Assembly: GCA_002269645.1 (NCBI GenBank)
Contig: NIVC01000137.1
Location: forward strand, 310,001 to 374,000
DNA length: 64,000 nucleotides
Direction of reading: 5' to 3'
DNA from: Macrostomum lignano
Taxonomy: Eukaryota
The notes below the pieces were generated by a model. The model ran no database searches, was not told where the DNA came from, and worked only from the letters and a program-made list of their open reading frames with translations. How positions within the stretch are numbered: position 1 is the stretch's first letter; each line of letters starts with the position of its first letter. Of this stretch, positions 10,291 through 22,561 are shown one piece after another. Made by a program: the position numbers and the translations under genes.

Positions 10291-11216
10291 GAACCCGACT
10301 GGTCCCACCGACGATAGCAGCGGTTGCGCATGTGCCCTGACTGGCCACACTCCCGGCAGACCACTGCATTACGGCACCGAGCCGTAGTATGCCCTGTCTG
10401 CAGGCACCGACCACACTGCCTCTGCTGCTGACTCTGCTCAGGGGCTCGATGCTGCAAGCTCACTTTTGGCTGCTCAGACCTTGCTGTCGCCATCGGCGCA
10501 GTGGGCGCTGCAGCACTTGCTTTTAGCTGAGCCACTTCCGCTTTCAGAGCTGCTATCTCGGCGGCTGCCCTGGACTCCTGGCTGTTGCCAGCCGCTGCGG
10601 CCTGACCCCCCACCATGTGCACAGCTCGCTTGCCCTCGGGCTCCATCAGAGCCAACGATGCCCTCACTTGACGCACCCGCCTAATAGCGTCCTGGAGCGT
10701 CTCTGGCGCTTGCAGCAGCACGCTCTCCAGCACCCGGGCTGGCACCCGAATCCCCTTCAAAAACCTGTCTTTCACCAACTCTTCTCGCTGGGCCGCTGGC
10801 AGCATTGGGTACGATTTTCTCATAAGCTCCTTGAGCACGTCTGCATATTCTTCAATGGGCTCGCCATCTTTCTGATTCCTACTCTGGAACTCGGTCTTGT
10901 AATCTTGAGCAGTCCTATTCTCATCAAACCTAGCCTCTAGCTGCTCAACAAACTCATCATACGGCAAATCATCGGCCAACTCAAGATTCGCAACAGCCTT
11001 AAAAGCAGTATTAAAGTCAAGCAGACTGAGCAGCGCCTGCTTGCGCTGATCCCCTAGAATATGAGCCGCCTCACAATACCCTGTGAATTGTTGCATCCAA
11101 AGGGCAAAGTCCTGTGTGGGCACGTACTTATTTGGCCTCGGCACCCGCTGTGCCACATTAAGTTCGTTTTGCAGACGCGCCGTCAGGGCGTCAATCAGAT
11201 CGTCTAAATTGGCCAT
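10236..11216 (-). CDS. gag: Gag with two CCHC zinc knuckles
   Basis: ATG at 11216 (MANLDDLIDAL); CGRCLQTGHTTARC and CRECGQSGHMRNRC. Confidence 0.95.
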   Translation of the reverse strand: MANLDDLIDALTARLQNELNVAQRVPRPNKYVPTQDFALWMQQFTGYCEAAHILGDQRKQALLSLLDFNTAFKAVANLELADDLPYDEFVEQLEARFDENRTAQDYKTEFQSRNQKDGEPIEEYADVLKELMRKSYPMLPAAQREELVKDRFLKGIRVPARVLESVLLQAPETLQDAIRRVRQVRASLALMEPEGKRAVHMVGGQAAAAGNSQESRAAAEIAALKAEVAQLKASAAAPTAPMATARSEQPKVSLQHRAPEQSQQQRQCGRCLQTGHTTARCRNAVVCRECGQSGHMRNRCYRRWDQSGSGNGLGARPGHPSGPQRQ

Positions 11217-11320
11217 GGCTACAAAAACACAGAGACAACCGAAGCAAACAACACACAAATAAACTAGGCAACACACACAACCCTAAACACACGGCAGGAC
11301 AGCAGGGGAGAGGACCGCTG

Positions 11321-11338
11321 ATCCTGGTCACGGCACCA
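11321..11338 (-). promoter_or_regulatory. Primer-binding site complementary to tRNA-His(GUG)
   Basis: TGGTGCCGTGACCAGGAT, 2 nt from the 5' LTR; complementary to the ...ATCCTGGTCACGGCA-CCA end of invertebrate tRNA-His. Confidence 0.9.
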
Positions 11339-11340
11339 CT

Positions 11341-12040
11341 TGTTGAGTATCGGCCTAATGGCCGCTGGACGGGTCAAGGTTCGGGCCCTCCCCGCCTGAG
11401 ACACCCCTGTCCCAGCCCTCACCCCGGCTATTCCTACCCTGTCTCACTCGGTTCGGCGAGAGTTCGCCTGACCGAACACCCTGGGATCGGCGAGAGTTCA
11501 CCGTTCCCAGGTCCCTGCAGATCCCGGCCCCACGCGGCAACCCAGAAGAACGAAAGCTCGAGCTCACCTCCTCTTGATATATCGAGTTACTAACGAAGCG
11601 TTTATTGGCCCGAAGCAGTTATTGGCACGCGAAGGCAGAGGTACGCCGATGAACGCAAAAACAGTAAGAACGAAGCGGACACCAATAGAGAGCAAACGTG
11701 GAGCGCAGCCCGCTCAGGGCTAGCATTTAAATAATACACAAAAAAGGGGGAGGGGTGGGGCAGAATGGAGACGGCGAGCCAAACCCTGGGGCCCAGCCGG
11801 CTTATCAGCCAGCCAGCCAATACGAGCAGCCCCAGGGTGAGGCGGGCAACGAGGGAGGGGGGGGCACCCAGATTGGACAGAGATTGGGCCGGGGGCTGGG
11901 TGCAAAGGGCTAGGCCAGGGTTGAGACTTACGCCTCTCACAAACCCTGGCCCGGGCGCGAGACGGGGGACGGGGCGGGGTGGCATGAAAACTGAAAACAA
12001 AAGTACGAGTACATACACACTGGAAGGGCGCAGCCCAACA
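11341..12040 (-). repeat. 5' LTR
   Basis: Copy of 3401-4100. TATA-like TATTTAAAT at 11725-11733 and AATAAA at 11601-11606 on minus. Confidence 0.98.
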
Positions 12041-12310
12041 ACATCTTATAAATTCCCCCTTAAGCTTTGACATCTCAGCAATTCCCCCCCACAAGACTTG
12101 CATCTCAGCAAGTCCCTCTTAAGCCATCACATCTCATTAATTCCCCTAGGTAAGATTTTATACATGTATTTCAATAATTCCCCCTGTAAATCTTGACATC
12201 TTAGAATTCTCTTCCGAGCAAGCATCCCCCTAAGAGCAAGCGTCCTTCCGATAACAAGCATCCCCTGATAGAAAGTACTCCCACCAAGATTAGTGAAACG
12301 ATTTACTCAG

Positions 12311-13755
12311 CTAGCCAATTCCAAACCCCTTTGGGGCTATTCGTCCAAACTCCAACCACAGTTTTTCCAAGCAATAAAATTTCACCCAACTGAATCTCAA
12401 ATTTAAAGAATCCCCCTTCCAAACAATCCACCACCCATAGAATCTACGATACAAAGAATCTCACATGCAGAGAATCCACCATCCAAAAACCTCCCATCGA
12501 TAGAATCCCCGATCCGAAGAATTCCCCCTTCAATGAATCGTCCTATCTGAATAATTGCCCATCCATAGAATCTTCCATGCAGAGAATCCCCATCCAAAGA
12601 ACCCCCATCGATAAAATCCCCGATCGGAAGAATTCCTCTTCCAATGAATCCCCCATCGACAGAATCCCCTATCCAAAGAATCCACCCATCCATCCCTATC
12701 CAAAGAATCCCCCCATCCATCTCTATCCAAAGAATCCCCCATCCATCCCTATCAAAAGAATCCCCCCATCCATCCCTATCCAAAGAATCCCCCATCCATT
12801 CCTATCCAAAGAATCCCCCATCCATCCCTATCCAAAGAATCCCCCCATCAATCTCTATCCAAAAAATCCCCCTATCCATCCTTATACAAAGAATCCACGA
12901 CCTCCATCTATATCCAAAAAGTCCCCCTCCAAAGAATCCTAATCCAAATAATGCAAATATTCACTCATCCAAATAAACCTCCATCAAAAGAATCATTGAA
13001 TCTAAAGAATATGAATCTGAGTCCCCTCATCTAAAGAACCACGTTCAAATAATCCAAAGAATCTCCATCCAAAGAATCCAAAGAATCTCCATCCAAAGAA
13101 TCCAAAGAATCTCCATCCAAAGAATCCAAGGAATCTCTCATCCAAATAATACCCCATCAATAAAATCCTAGGCCAAAGAATCCCATCATCTAAAGAATCA
13201 CCGTCCAAACAATCTCATCAAATCCAAAGGATCCCTTTAACGAAAGAATCCTTCATCTAAAGAATCCCCCACATTAAAAGAGCCCTTCATCGAAAGAATC
13301 CCCCATCGATGGAATTTCCTAATGAATCACCTATCTAAAGATATCCATTAGAAGCAGCACTCATGGAAGGAATCCCCAATCCATAGAATTCCCCCCAAGA
13401 CTTGTCATCTCAACAATTCCCCCCGAGCCTTGAGACCTCAGTAATTCTCTCTTAAGCTTTTACATCTCAGCAATTCGCTCTCAAGACTTGAAATTTCAGG
13501 AATTCACCCGCCAAGACTTGACGTCTCATAAATTTTCCTTCGCTTTGACATCTTAGCAGTCTTCCAAGTAAGCCTTTATATCGCAGTAATTCCCCAGTAA
13601 GTCTGCATATCTAAATAATTCCCCAGTATGTCTTGACATCTTAGCGATCTCACCCGATCAAGCATCCCCTAACAGCAAGCGTCCTTTCGATAGCAAGCAT
13701 CCCCAGATAGAAAGTAACCCAAGCAAGATAGTGAAACAATTTACTCAGCTAGTAC
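12311..13755. repeat. Second diverged copy of the ~1.45-kb degenerate repeat block
   Basis: Shares start (ctagccaat...gtccaaactccaaccacag) and end (gatagaaagta...tttactcagctag) with copy 1. Confidence 0.8.
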
Positions 13756-14974
13756 AATAGTTAGTTTCTTATCAAGTGCAATAATCCTTTTCAAAATTCT
13801 AAGTTTAATAAAAATTTTTGAATATACTACATGAACGCTAGTAGCTTTTTCTCTTTTAACTGATTTACCGGACGTTTTTTACAGTTAAAATAAAAAACTT
13901 TTACTCTCTAAAAATTCGAACCCACGTCGCTTTATTAACAGTTCAGTCTGTTCACCTCTAGGCTAACTCTCATTGTTTCGATAACATGAATTGTAGCACT
14001 ATATATAATTCAACACTGAAAACTCCAAGAATAGTGTAGAAATCACTCGAAGCAAGTTATGACATAATCAATTTCTCAGGCAGTCTGCATCAGTTTCAAT
14101 TGAAGTCAACAAAATTGTTACGCAATCTAAATTTAAATACAATGGCGCTGGCTTGAATTGTGGAGTTGCGATAAAGTAGGGGTTTGCGATATGGAAGAGC
14201 GTACAATGAGTATATAAAGTAAAAAGTAAAGAAATCATCTTTTTAATGCTGTGCTCTTAATTTATTGAATCTCAGAAAACAAATTGTATTCCCGAACTCA
14301 GCGTTTCTAGCTCTTTCTAACAATACAAGGCTCTCTTGTGAAAGTGAAAAACCCGAAGCACAAACAGCGATTACACATTCCTGCTTGAAAGCATTGAAAT
14401 TAAATAGGTGTACATCCAGCGCCAGCTACAGTGAGAGGCCTGCAAGTTGATGCATTGAAATTAACAACCAAGCAATGCCTGGACAAATTGAATAGCGACA
14501 CCCTCCCCCAAATTTCAATAACTTAAAGGTGTTGCGCAACCTTTCAACGCTTGTAGCTTTCCACGCCAGTGTAGAGAACCAATGCTATAGTTGGCACTGA
14601 GTTATGATGCAATACAATTCCATTGGCAGTCAGAACGCTTCTCAATCGGAAAAAAACTGTTTGAACTTAAAAAAACGGGGCAAAAAATAGAGTTTTTTGA
14701 ATATTTAAGCCCGAAAAAATGAAGCAATTTCTTTGCAAAATTTTGTGTACCAGTGCACCATAAATACACATCGAATGCAGCAAACCCCACAAAATTCGGA
14801 CCACGCAAAGTCAAGTTAAACGAAGGTTCCTATAGATATATACTAGCAATCTTCGCCCCCCGTTGGGGGACATCTGTATAGAATCTCTGCTCTCTACAAG
14901 TAACAAAAAGATAGCCAAATAAAGCATTCACAAAGAAAACAGACAAAATACTTAAATGAAGTGCAATGCAAAAA

Positions 14975-15505
14975 GACAGCAAGCATCCCCCAGATAGCAA
15001 GCATCCCCCAGATTGCAAGCAAATCCCGGATAGCAAGCATCCCCCAGATAGCAAGCATCCCCCAGATAGCAAGCATCCCCCAGATAGCAAGCATCCCCCA
15101 GATAGCAAGCATCCCCCAGATAGCAAGCATCCCCCAGATAGCAAGCATCCCCCAGATAGCAAGCATCCCCCAGATAGCAAGCATCCCCCAGATAGCAAGC
15201 ATCCCCAGATAGATAGCATCCCCCAAATAGCAAGCATCCCCCAGATAGCAAGCATCCCCAGATAGATAGCATCCCCCAAATAGCAAGCATCCCCCAGATA
15301 GCAAGCATCCCCAAGGTAGCAAGCACCCCCAGATAGCAAGCATCCCCCAGATAGCAAGCACCCCCCAGATAGCAAGGATCCCCCAGAAAGCAAGCATCCC
15401 CAAGATAGCAAGCTTCCCCCAGATAGCAAGCATCCCCCAGATAGCAAGCATCTTCCAGAGAGCAAGCTCCCCCAGATAGATAGCATCCCCAAATAGCAAG
15501 CATCC
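14975..15505. repeat. 18-bp minisatellite GATAGCAAGCATCCCCCA
   Basis: Direct tandem copies. Confidence 0.95.
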
Positions 15506-15599
15506 ACCAGACAATAAGTAGCTAGTGCGACAATTTCCTTAGCATTATAGTGGCTCCTTTAAAATACGCTTACTTTTACGTTTGAAATTGTGTATCTTT

Positions 15600-18140
15600 T
15601 ATGTTTGGCATGGTGGCTCTTTAATGTTTGACATGGTGGCTCTTTTATGTTGACATGGTGGCTCTTTTATACTTGACATGGTGGCTCTTTACTGTTCGAA
15701 ATGGTGGCTCTTTTATGTTTGACATGGTGGCTCTTTTAGGTTTGACATGATGGCACTATTATGTTTTGACATACTGGCTCTTTAATGTTTGACATGGTAG
15801 CTCTTAAATGTTTGACATGGTAGCTCTTAAATGTTTGACATGGTAGCTCTTTTATGTTTGACATGGTGGCTCTTTATTGTTTGACATGGTGGCTCTTTAA
15901 TGTTTAACCTGGTGGCTCTTTTATGTTTGACACGGTGGCTTTTATTGTCTGACATGGTGGCTCTTTTATGTTTTACATGGTGGCTCTTTATTGTTTGACA
16001 TGGTGGCTCTTTAATGTTTAACCTGGTGGCTCCTTATGTTTGACACGGCGGCTCTCTAATGTTTGACATAGTGGCTATTTAATGTTCGAAATGGTGGCTC
16101 TTTAAAGTTTGACATAAAGTCACAAATATGTTTGAGATGGTGGCTCTTAAATGTTTGACATGGTGGCTCTTTAATGTTCTTCATGGTGGCTCTTCAATAT
16201 TCTACATGGTGGCTCTTTTATGTTCGACATGGTGGTTTTTAATGTTTGACATGGTGGCTCTTTTATGTTTGACATGGTGGCTCTTTACTGTTTGAAATGG
16301 TGGCTCTTTAATGTTCTACATGGTAACTCTTTTATGTTTGATACGGTGGCTTTTTAATGTTTGACATGGTGGCTCTTAAATGTTTGACATGGTGGCTCTT
16401 CTATGTTTAACATGGTGGCTCTTAAATGTTTGACATGGTGGCTCTTTAATATTCTACATGGTAACCCTTTTATGTTTGATACGGTGGCTTTTTAATGTCT
16501 GACATGATGGCTATTTTATGTTTGAAATGGTGGCTCTTTTATGTTTGACATGGTGGCTTTTTAATGTTTGACATGTTGGCTCTTTAATGTTAGACAAAGT
16601 GGCTTTTTAATGTTTGACATGGTGGCTCTTTTATGTTCGACATGGTGGCTTTTTACTGTTTGAAATGGTGGCTCTTTAATGTTCTACATGGTAACTCTTT
16701 TATGTTTGATACGGTGGCTTTTTAATGTCTGACATGGTGGCTATTTTATGTTTGACATGGTGGCTCTTCTATGTTTAACATGGTGGATCTTAAATGTTAG
16801 ACACGGTGACTCTATAATGTTCAACATGGTGGCTCTTTAATTAATATTCTATATGGTGGCTCTTTTTTGTTCGACATAGTGGCTTTTTTGTTCTACATGG
16901 TAACTCTTTTATGTTTGATACGGTGGCTTTTTAATGTCTGACATGGTGGCTCTTAAATGTCTGACATGGTGGCTCTTAAATGTTTGACATGGTGGCTTTT
17001 TAATGTTTGACATGGTGGCTCTTTACTGTTTGAAATGATGGCTCTTTAATGTTCGAAATGGTGGCTCTTTTATGTTTGACATGGTGGCTCTTTACTGTTT
17101 GAAATGATGGCTCTTTAATGTTCGAAATGGTGGCTCTTTTATGTTTGACATGGTGGCTCTTTTAGGTTTGACATGATGGCACTTTTATGTTTTGACATAG
17201 TGGCTCTTTAATGTTTGACATGGTAGCTCTTAAATGTTTGACATGGTAGCTCTTAAATGTTTGACATGGTAGCTCTTAAATGTTTGACATGGTAGCTCTT
17301 TTATGTTCAACATGGTGGCTCTTTATTGTTTGACATGGTGGCTCTTTAATGTTTAACCTGGTGGCTCTTTTATGTTTGACACGGTGGCTTTTATTGTCTG
17401 ACATGATGGCACTTTTATGTTTTGACATAGTGGCTCTTTAATGTTTGACATGGTGGCTCTTAAATGTTTAACCTGGTGACTCTTTTATGTTTGACATGGC
17501 GGCTCTCTAATGTTTGACAAAGTGGCTATTTAATGTTCGAAATGGTGGCTCTTGAAAGTTTGACATAAAGTCACATATATGTTTGAGATGGTGGCTCTTA
17601 AATGTTTGACATGGTGGCTCCTAAATGTTTGACATGGTGGCTCTTTACTGTTTGAAATGGTGGCTCTTTAATGTTCTACATGGTAACTCTTTTATGTTCG
17701 ACATGGTGGCTTTTTAATGTCTGACATGGTGGCTCCCAAATGTTTGACCTGGTGGCTCTTTAATGTTCTTCATGGTGGCTCTTTAATATTCTACATGGTG
17801 GCTCTTTTATGTTTGATACGGTGGCTTTTTAATGTCTGACATGGTGGCTATTTTATGTTTGACATGGTGGCTCTTCTATGTTTAACATGGTGGCTCTTTT
17901 ATGTTTGACACGGTGGCTCTTTAATGTTCGACAAAGTGGCTATTTGATGTTTGATATGGTGACACTTAAATGTTTGACATAAAGTCACATAAATGTTAGA
18001 CGTGGTGGCTCGTTTAGTTTTGACATGGTGGCTTTTTAATCGTTGACATGGAGTCACGTATATGTTTGACATAGTGCTTATTTTATGTTTGGCATGGTGG
18101 CTCTTTTATGTTTGACATGGTGGCTCTTCTATGTTTGACA
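15600..18140. repeat. 23-bp satellite TTTGACATGGTGGCTCTTTTATG (~110 copies)
   Basis: Direct tandem copies with point variants. Confidence 0.95.
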
Positions 18141-19022
18141 TTCCGCTTCTATTATGTTTAGCAGTTTTGTGTTTTTAAGGTGTTTTGATAAAAAAATCTT
18201 TTTGCACTACTAAGATTCGAACCCAGGTCGCTACATTAGCATTCCAGTCTGTTTGCATCTTGGCTATCTATTTTCAATTGGAGAACATGAATTGTGGCCC
18301 TTATAATTCAATTCTTACAGCAAGTCAATTGGAGTAAAAAGTTATGACATAATCAATTTCTCAGTCAGCCAGTATCAGTCTCAATTTGAGTTAGCAATAT
18401 GGTTACGAAATTTCATTCAAGTCGTGTGTGCATTTCTTCGGCACTGTTTTCAACTTGTTGTGATGCAATCTTTATCACAATCGGAATTCAGCCAGTCAGT
18501 TTTTTCTCTAGCATTCTTACAATGAATTTTAGGTCGAAAGAGCTGCTTGACCTTTGCAAAAAAGCATGTTTTTCGAATATTTAATCCCTTTAACATTGAG
18601 AAATTTCTTAGCCAGGATGCATGTACCGTCCCAGGAAAATTTCCGATCGAATGGTGCAAGTTTGAAGAAAATCGGTTGAGCCGTTTTTTCTGGAATCTAT
18701 CTCACACATACACACAGACATTTCATTTTTAGTATATAGGAAGATAGGTAGATAGGTAGGTACATAGTTTTGATTTTTAGTATATTGGATAGATAGGTAG
18801 GTACATAGTTTTGATTTTTAGTATATTGGAAATAGATATATAGATAGGTAGATAGGTAGGTACATAGTTTTGATTTTTAGTATATTCGAAATCGTTGAAT
18901 TGTGTGGCTGTTCTACTAGAGGAATATCATAGGAGGTAAGTCATCTATTTGTTGTGAGCTGCGCCTCGCAATGCCTTTGCCCTGACCTCTTCGCTCTTCG
19001 CCCCTCCTCTCCCTGTCACTGG

Positions 19023-19795
19023 TGTTTCTGGCTTGCCCCCTCCGTCTAAAGCTGCTATTCATTTTTTGTTCTAATTTTCATCAGCCCAAATTTTCATTGG
19101 CTAGCAAATTTAATCTCTCTCTCGCGTGGGCTACTCCAATCATGTGTCTCGCCGCGGAGGCACCTGATTGGCTAGCCTTCCCATTCGCCCTTCAACTCTG
19201 TGAGTTTTGCCCCACCCCCAGCCCTGCGTGGCTAAGCCCACCCCAGTCCCCTGCTCAGTGCTCACCCAGTATTTATGTGCGCGCGTGGCCCTCGCCCGAC
19301 TCTCGCCCTCCTGCTCTCTCTCTACAACTCTAGCTCTACGCGTGTTTGAGTGAAAGTGAAGCTTGAAATTGAAATACAGTCAAATGAGGCTGATTTAGAG
19401 GCCACGCCTGCATGAGCGCGACAAATGACCCCCCCCCCCGGTAAGACAGCGTTCGCTTTCGTTAATTTGTCCCGTCTTCATTATTCAACTCTCTCGCCAC
19501 CGTCTTCCTTCGGGTCTGCGAAGTGTCTGTACGCCTCCAGACAGGTGCTCACCTTTGCTGCGGCTGCTGAGTGGCTACCTGCTCACAGCCTCCTCATCTG
19601 CATCTCCCTCTCCCCGTGGGGCTGGCCGTGTGTCTGTACGCTCCCAGCCTCGCCACCTCCACCTCAAAGTGTCCGTACGCCTCGGGGGTCGCCACTCTCT
19701 CGCCTATCCTACCCGGCAAGCTCTGGGCAGTCCAGTACCCGAACCCCTGATCACCCCGTCTGCGGTCCGCACGGACGGAAGCAGAAAATACAACA
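19023..19795 (+). repeat. Possible diverged solo LTR
   Basis: TGTT...CAACA ends and patchy resemblance to the intact Gypsy LTR; no TSD found. Confidence 0.3.
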
Positions 19796-20299
19796 TATTA
19801 AGTCTAAATCTGCTATCGAATTTTCTACTCCAAATTATAGGAGTACTGCTTCTGTTGCTGGGAGGAGTGCTGCTGGTGCTGCTGGGAGGAGTGCTGCTTC
19901 TGTTGCTGGTAGGAGCAGCCTGATCGCTCTCTTTTGTCATTTCATAGGTGCTCTAGAAAGATTTGAGAAGAAAAAGAGCTGGATTTCAAATTCCTACGGT
20001 AAATTATACTTTGCCGACGCAAAATCACGTTTATCAAAAAGAGGAAAGAGAGTGCGCACGACAGGCTTTGTTGAGATGCAGCTGAAGTACTTGAAGTCTC
20101 GCATATCTGGCTTCAATATATTTAGCAATACTGGAAAAGCTACATTGTCAGGACGAAAGAAAAAGCGTGAGGACATTTTTATCATGCCAGGAGAAGTCGA
20201 AAAAACGTGAATGAAATACCCGCTCAAAATATAAGCGGCAGAAAACAAGTCAAAAAGCCAACTGTACCAACCCAATGACATCTGGTCCATCAGCCACTT

Positions 20300-20650
20300 T
20301 TGACTAAAGAAGAATCAAAGGTTTGGAACACTCGGGCGGGAGACTTTCTGAGCAGGTACGACAAAGATTATTTAGCACCAGGACAATGGCTGTCCATCGG
20401 AACCGTAAATGCTTTTATCCATCTTCTCTGCGTTAGCAACCCGGATCGTGAAGTTAGTCACTTGCCGTCCAGCTTCTCCAATTGTATCAGAAACTTAGAT
20501 TCGAATGATGCACTTAAGATGCGACAGAATTCAGTTTCAACCAGTTGCAAGCGCCTAATGAGTCTCATTTTAGAAAACGACCACTTTCACTTAGTCTACA
20601 TTGATTTGACCACCAAACAACTTAAAGTCTTAGACACAGGGCCAATTAGG
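20300..20650 (+). pseudogene. Ulp1/SENP (C48) protease-like fragment, truncated before the catalytic Cys
   Basis: YLAPGQWLSIGTVNAFIHLL ... LILENDHFHLVYIDLTTKQLKVLDT matches the C48 LxPxxWLxDxVIN ... HWxLxxID ...xxYDS pattern. Confidence 0.55.
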
Positions 20651-20664
20651 GACAGAAACATAAC

Positions 20665-21460
20665 AAACCAGCGAATTGGGTCCTGTACACGGACGTCTCA
20701 GTTGCAGGATGCTCGGACGGAGGCGCAGCCTGTATCGTCACCAGAGGCGACCCGGCCGCCACCGAGGTCCTGGAAGTCGTCACAGCCCGCGGAGCCTCGC
20801 CTACTTGTAGCTTCGATGAAGAAAGGCGCGCGCTCGGACTGGCTATAAGCTGGCTCAACGTCCACTGAGCATCCGACAGCGTCCTTATCTGCACGGACAG
20901 CAGGACATTGCTAGATGCTCTCCTGAGCCACCACCGGAACTGCCTGCTACCGGACCTTTGCAGCCCTACCACGTGTATCGCACTTTAATGGGTGCCCGCG
21001 CACTGCGGACGCAGCCGCCAAGGCCGCCGCTGCTGACGTCACTGCCGCAACCGGGGCGGCCTTCATCTACTGCAGCGCAACGGCATCGATCAGACGGACG
21101 ATCGGCGACCCTCTCTGTCCCACGCCAGCGCGCTGAACTGTCAACGTGACCGGGATGAGCTGCAGAACCGTCAGGACGTGGTGGTTTTGGCGAGGCTCCG
21201 CGCTGGCCATTGCAGTCTGCTCTGCGCCTACAGCAGCATCGTTAACCCGGCTGTCAATCCCGTTTGTCAACGCTGCATGGAGGGTCAGGAAGACCTCGAG
21301 CACTGGCTCGGTTGCCCGGCCCTCCAGCACTTGAGGCTTCTATTATTTGATGAGGACAACCTGGACCTCGAGGTCCTGACCGCCCCAGCGAGGTCGGTGG
21401 CGCTGGCGAGGCGTAGTCTCTGACTGCCCTTAGCGCTTCTGCCTCTACAACAACAGCAAC
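20665..21460 (+). mobile_element. 5'-truncated non-LTR retrotransposon 3' end: RNase H, C-terminal CCHC, (CAA)n-like tail
   Basis: LYTDVS..GGAACIV, ICTDSRTLLDALL, WVPAHC, and RLRAGH...CQRC..EDLEHWLGCP; tail acaacaacagcaaca; several breaks. Confidence 0.7.
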
Positions 21461-21479
21461 AGAGACGCGGATGGCGTGC

Positions 21480-22290
21480 TAGAACCACCGAGCTCATGCT
21501 GGAATGCAGCATCAGCCCTGATAAAAGGAGGACGTGATGCCACCCGAACTCTGGTCTGACAGCGAAGAGTCGGGTCATCATCTTCGGCCCGAAGACCACG
21601 CTGACGAAAGAGAACCGCCAAAAATATGATCGAAAAGAAGCCATCAATATGATCGGTCCGTTCAACTTTATCATACACGCGGGGGGGGCTCTGTAACCGG
21701 TTACTGCGGTAGCAGAACGAGGACGGTCCAGAAGGCCTGTCCAACATGCTTAAACAGCTCCGCTGTGCAGCTGGCAATCCCTGCTCGTCTATGCAAGCAG
21801 AACTCAGCACTTTAGCTAGGCACCCGTTGGTAGATGGATCAGACAGAGCCTTGGACGGCGGCGGCCATCTTCAGCGACAGTCAGAACAGCCTCCATTTGC
21901 TCTAGGGGCTGCATCGCTAACCCGATAGCCGCTGACATCATAACCTGTATCCGTTACCTCGAGAGCAAAGGTCACGTAGTGCACATGTTCTGGGTTCCCG
22001 CGCACTGTGGTCTGTTGGGCAATGACATGGTCGATGATCTCGCCAAACTAGCGACTGAGGAGCCACAGGAGGGCGTTGAATGCTTGCTCTCGACGTGCAA
22101 AGTAAAAATCCGCCGTGAAATCAGAGCACAGGTCACCCGGTCCCATGGAAGGAGCATTGAGATGGCCCCGCCGGCCTTGCCAAGCAAACGAGGTACGATA
22201 GCCGGGCAGAGGCAGACAGCTTCAAAAGGTTTAGAACTGGACACTCCCTGGACCTGGCCGCATACCGCCATCGCATTGGCACACTAATGT
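21480..22290 (+). mobile_element. Second degenerate non-LTR RNase H fragment
   Basis: QAELST, IFSDSQNSLHLL, MFWVPAHCGLLGNDMVDDLAKLA. Confidence 0.65.
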
Positions 22291-22561
22291 CACAACAAGC
22301 TTCCTCTGAATAAGTAAAAGGGGAGGTAAAGAAGTTTGTTATTTTACTTTTTTTAGTCGTCGACCTTAACCAGTTTTTCCCAACAGAGAACTGCAGTGAT
22401 TGCACTTTTTGTTGTTACGTTAGTAAGTTTGTGAGAACGCTGCATCCGCCAGTCAGCCGATAAGAGCTCTCATGGAGTTTTATTTGCTGTGTTGATAGAC
22501 TGGACACTAACTTAGTCCAAGATGTGATATTTAGACGCGGAATTGATATTAGTAATGTACA

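Larger units (their letters stand above)
3401..12040 (-). mobile_element. Full-length Ty3/Gypsy LTR retrotransposon (8640 bp) carrying an extra ORF3
   Basis: Two 700-bp LTRs (TGTTG...CAACA), 4-bp TSD ACAT (3397-3400 and 12041-12044), PBS, PPT, gag, and pol in PR-RT-RH-IN order. Confidence 0.98.

Noticed and set aside
14830-15514. GGCLLS / GDACYL repeat ORFs
   Set aside because: Translation of the 18-bp minisatellite.
15600-18140. CRISPR-like array
   Set aside because: Contiguous 23-bp units without unique spacers, no cas genes, eukaryotic context. The same applies to the other tandem arrays.
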